From Chiloscyllium plagiosum (lineage: Eukaryota), in contig NC_057728.1 in assembly GCF_004010195.1 (NCBI RefSeq), forward strand, positions 41,321,870 to 41,360,197: a stretch of DNA of 38,328 nt, given 5' to 3'. The translations under genes and the position numbers were made by a program. Each line of letters starts with the position of its first letter. The first letter of the stretch is position 1. Below the pieces are notes generated by a model. The model saw only the letters and a list, made by a program, of their open reading frames with translations. It did not search any database and had not been told where the DNA came from. This document shows positions 35,097 to 38,328 of the stretch, one piece after another.

Positions 35097-36175
35097 CTTT
35101 GGGTCCGCTATGCAGATGACACCTTTGTCATCACAAAACGGAACACATTAGAGGAACCCTACAACATCATCAACAAAATCCTTACTGGCATAAATTTCAC
35201 AAAAGAGAAGGAGAACAACAGACCCCCCTTTCTAGATGTCACAGTGGAATGAGCAGTTAATGGAGAACTGCAGACCAGCGTCTGCAGGAAAGCAACATAC
35301 ATAGACCAGATACGTAACTACAGAAGCAATCATCCTAACACCCACAAACAGAGCTGCGTCAGGACACTATTTGAACAGGCCACAACACTACAGCATCAAG
35401 GAACTACGAGCAGCAGAAGAAAAATACAGTATATTCAAGAACAATAGGTAGCTGATAAACACAGTCCACTGATTCTTAAACAACAAACCCAAACATGTGG
35501 ACACAACACGCCCAGAAACTCTAGCCACACTACCATATATAAAACCTCGGAGATGACTTCCAGACTACTCAGACCACTTGGCATCATGGTACCCCACAAA
35601 CCTACCAACACAGTTAAACAGCTACCGATGAACCTAAATGACCCTGTACCAACAACCAGCAAAACAAATGTCATTTACAAAATACCCTGCAAGGACCGTA
35701 ACAAACACTACATCAGACAGACAAGCAGAAACTAGTCACCGGGACACACAAACACCAACAAACTACCAAAAGACATGACTGACTATCACTAGTATCCTTA
35801 TGTACATACGAAGAAGATCACCTCTTCGACTGGGACAATACATCCACCCGAGGACAGGCTACACAGAGACACACATGAGAATTCCTTGAGACCTGGCATT
35901 CAAACCAGAACTCTATCAATAAACACATCAGTTTGACACAGTTTACCAACCTCTGAGAAAAAGAACCAGAAATGATATCACCCACCTTAACAGACCAAGA
36001 CACAAATAGAAAGTGGGACCGAACACCAGCACTTCACCAGAAGTGTTTCTATGCTGTACATCTCTATGACTCTATGAATCCAGTAATATGAAACAGCTCA
36101 CTGATGATGTTACCTAGCAATGTGATGAAATATCTGAAAACAAATCTTCCAGCTCAGCGAGTAAACTTACAACAT
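35097..36175 (+). mobile_element. Degenerate Penelope-like retroelement (RT end, GIY-YIG endonuclease, 3' UTR with decayed hammerhead)
   Basis: WVRYADDTFVI, INFTKE, PFLDVTV, SNHPNTHKQSCVRTLF, NVIYKIPCKDRNKHYIRQT. ctgatgatgttacctagcaatgtgatgaaatatc at ~36101-36134. Confidence 0.88.
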
Positions 36176-36344
36176 CGTTCCAAAATTATTGGTGCTCTCT
36201 CTCCTATAATCTACTTTCTCCACCTGCACTTTCATGATCCTTTTATATTGATCCTTTGTAAATAGTCTCTATCTTTGTAGTTAATTGGTTTTCTCTCTCC
36301 ACAGACCTGCTGATTATTTCTAGCATTTTCTATTTTTTTTCAGT

Positions 36345-36757
36345 TGACAGCACTGTGCCTCTGATTCTTAAAGTTCCGGGTCAAGAACAAACATCAAGGC
36401 TGACACTCCAGTGCAGCAATGCAGATGGACAATCAAAGGAGTGTCTTTCACATGAGAAGCCAAACCCAAGTATTATTTGGCTGCTTGTTGGATGTAACCC
36501 CTCTCAAATAATATTTTGAAGAAGAAAAGTGGCATTAACCTGGTATCTGAGAGAATATCTATTCCTCAGTCAATATCTCAATAAAAAGACAATTTGGTTA
36601 TTATCACAATGCTATTTCTGGAAGTTTGCTGTGCACATATTTTCTACAGTGATTCCTACACTATGACTACTCTTCATAATACTCCATTGGATGCAAAGCT
36701 CCATAAGATATTTGATGGTCATGAAAATTACTCTTTAAGTGCCAATCATTTATTTTC
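36345..36757 (+). mobile_element. Old Deu-domain SINE (SacSINE1/AmnSINE1-like)
   Basis: aggctgacactccagtgcag...gtctttcacatgaga...ggatgtaa...tattttgaagaaga...ttatcacaatgctattt...ttgctgtgcaca; recognised from the family consensus. Confidence 0.65.
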
Positions 36758-36919
36758 CTTTCCTAAAGTTTTGTGCACAGAATTGAATCCAAGGTGGGGT
36801 CAGACCAAAGCCCTGTAGAAAGATGCTGAATTTTTTCCTTTTTGTATTCCAGATAGAGGCTAACATTCCAAAAGCTCTTTTGATTACCTTTTTTTACTGG
36901 CGCATGAGTTCTCAACTAT

Positions 36920-37221
36920 TTAGATTAGATTGACTTACAGTGTAGAAACAGGCCCTTCGGCCCAACAAGTCCACACCGACCCGCTGAAGCGCAACCCACT
37001 CAGATCCATTCCCCTACATTTACTTGACACTACGGGCAATTTAGCACAGCCAATTCACCTAATGTGCACGTTTTTGGACTGTGGGAGGAAACCGGAGCAC
37101 TCGGAGGAAACCCACGCAGACATGGGGAGAACATGCAAACTCCACACAATCAGTTGCCTGAGGCGGGAATTGAACCTGGGTCTCTGGCGCTGTGAGGCAG
37201 CAGTGCTAACCACTGTGCCAC
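36920..37221 (-). mobile_element. tRNA-derived V-SINE (HE1-like), full length
   Basis: Reverse strand: box A tggcacagtgg, box B ggttcaattcc, V-domain gtggagtttgcatgttctcccc...gggtttcctcc, CR1-like tail gggccgaagggcctgtttc and aatct repeats. Confidence 0.9.
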
Positions 37222-37465
37222 ATTTGTGTACATACAGCAAGATCTGCAGCCTTCTCTAAAGTTCTTCTGCTTTCCCCAAAAAGAAAATATTCCAATTTTT
37301 CTTTCCACTTTGCTGCATTGAACTCCACCTGGCATAGTTTTTCTCACTCCTTCAGTAATAAAATAATGACAGTCCAGAGACGGTATGTTCTGGTTAGGGT
37401 GAAAGGAAAGGCTAGTAGGTGTAGGGAATGCTGGCTGAGTAGAGAAATTGAAGTTTTGGTTAAGA

Positions 37466-38099
37466 AAAAGAAAGGAAGCATATGTCAGGTATAGACAGGA
37501 GAGATTAGCAGAAAATGGGGGAGATACTAAATGAGTATTTTGCATCAGTATTTACTGTGGAAAAGGATATGGAAGATATAGAATGTAGGGAAATAAATGG
37601 TGACACTTTGAAAATGTCCATATTACAGAGGAAGAAGTACTAGATGTTTTGAAACACATAAAGATGGATATCCCCAGGACCTGATCAGGTGTACCCGAGA
37701 ACTCTGTGGGAAGCTAGAGAAGTGATTGCTGGGCCTCCAGCTGAGATATTTGTACCATCAGTAGTCACAGGTGAGGTGCCGGAAGACTGGAAATTGGCTA
37801 ACATGCTGGCACTACTTCAGGAAGGTGGTAAGGACAAGCCAGGGAACTGTAGAACAGTCAGCCTGACCTCGGTGATGGGCAAGTTGTTGGAGGGAATCCT
37901 GAGGGACAAGATGTATATGTATTTGGAAAGGCAAGGACTGATGAGGGAAAGTCAACATGGCTTTGTGCGTGGGAAATCATATCTCACAAATTTGATTGAG
38001 TTTTTTGAAGAAGTAACAAAGAGGATTGATGAGGGCAGAGCGGTTGATGTGATCTATATGGACTTCAGTAAAGCATTTGACAAGCTTCCTCATGGGAGG
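37466..38099 (+). mobile_element. CR1 ORF2 internal fragment (RT N-terminal part)
   Basis: YPRTLWEAREVIAGP, VPEDWKLAN, QHGFVRGKSYLTNLIEFFEEVT, DVIYMDFSKAFDK. Ends abruptly. Confidence 0.92.
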
Positions 38100-38328
38100 T
38101 AAAAAGTTCAGACTCTAACAGGACAAACAGTACAGACTGCAGATTCAAAAACACCAGCACCGGTTCTCCTTCAAGATCCTCCGCTCCACGCTCGCAGCAA
38201 TGTGCCGGCACCTAACCTCTCTACAGGCAGCTCTGCCTCAGCTGAGGGCCACAGTCTCAGAATTGCAAAGGACCCACTCTGTACTACATCCTCAGGAGAA
38301 TTCATACTCTCAACAAACAGTATTTCAA
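38100..38328 (+). mobile_element. Different element interrupting the CR1, possibly a Penelope-like ORF N-terminal region
   Basis: Sharp switch from CR1 sequence. A frameshifted coding-like stretch reads QKHQHRFSFKILRSTLAAM...YYILRRIHTLNKQYF. Family assignment is tentative. Confidence 0.35.

Noticed and set aside
37150..37221. Possible tRNA gene
   Set aside because: The box A/B head continues into a V-domain and LINE tail, so it is a SINE.
1..38328. CRISPR array or prokaryotic operon
   Set aside because: No repeat-spacer array is present. The sequence is spliceosomal-intron vertebrate DNA, and the RecD-like motifs belong to HELB.

Overview
Vertebrate genomic DNA, almost certainly a cartilaginous fish (shark/ray), inferred from an HE1-type V-SINE, a Deu-domain SINE and abundant CR1 and Penelope-like repeats. 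Two convergent protein-coding genes are present. On + are the last four coding exons and 3' UTR of GRIP1 (PDZ7 and the C-terminal ...ENTNTL). On - is a complete 13-coding-exon HELB (DNA helicase B; ATG 31079 to TGA 7253). All HELB introns are GT-AG with consistent phases, giving a 3279-nt CDS (1092 aa). The two candidate poly(A) signals are about 175 bp apart. Introns and flanks hold decayed CR1 LINEs, a Rex/Babar-like LINE, SINEs, a Tigger-like MITE and many Penelope-like (PLE) pieces. Most interesting: (i) several minimal hammerhead-ribozyme motifs (CUGAUGA-stem-GAAAC-GUH) in PLE termini. (ii) Two ~226-bp hairpin insertions, each made of back-to-back hammerhead arms, with 17-18-bp target-site duplications and junction microhomology. 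(iii) Two short locally templated insertions: a 29-bp inverted copy bracketing a GRIP1 exon and a 44-bp direct copy. Most short ORFs in the track are antisense shadows or repeat debris. Repeat boundaries are approximate and family names come from recognition, not database searches.
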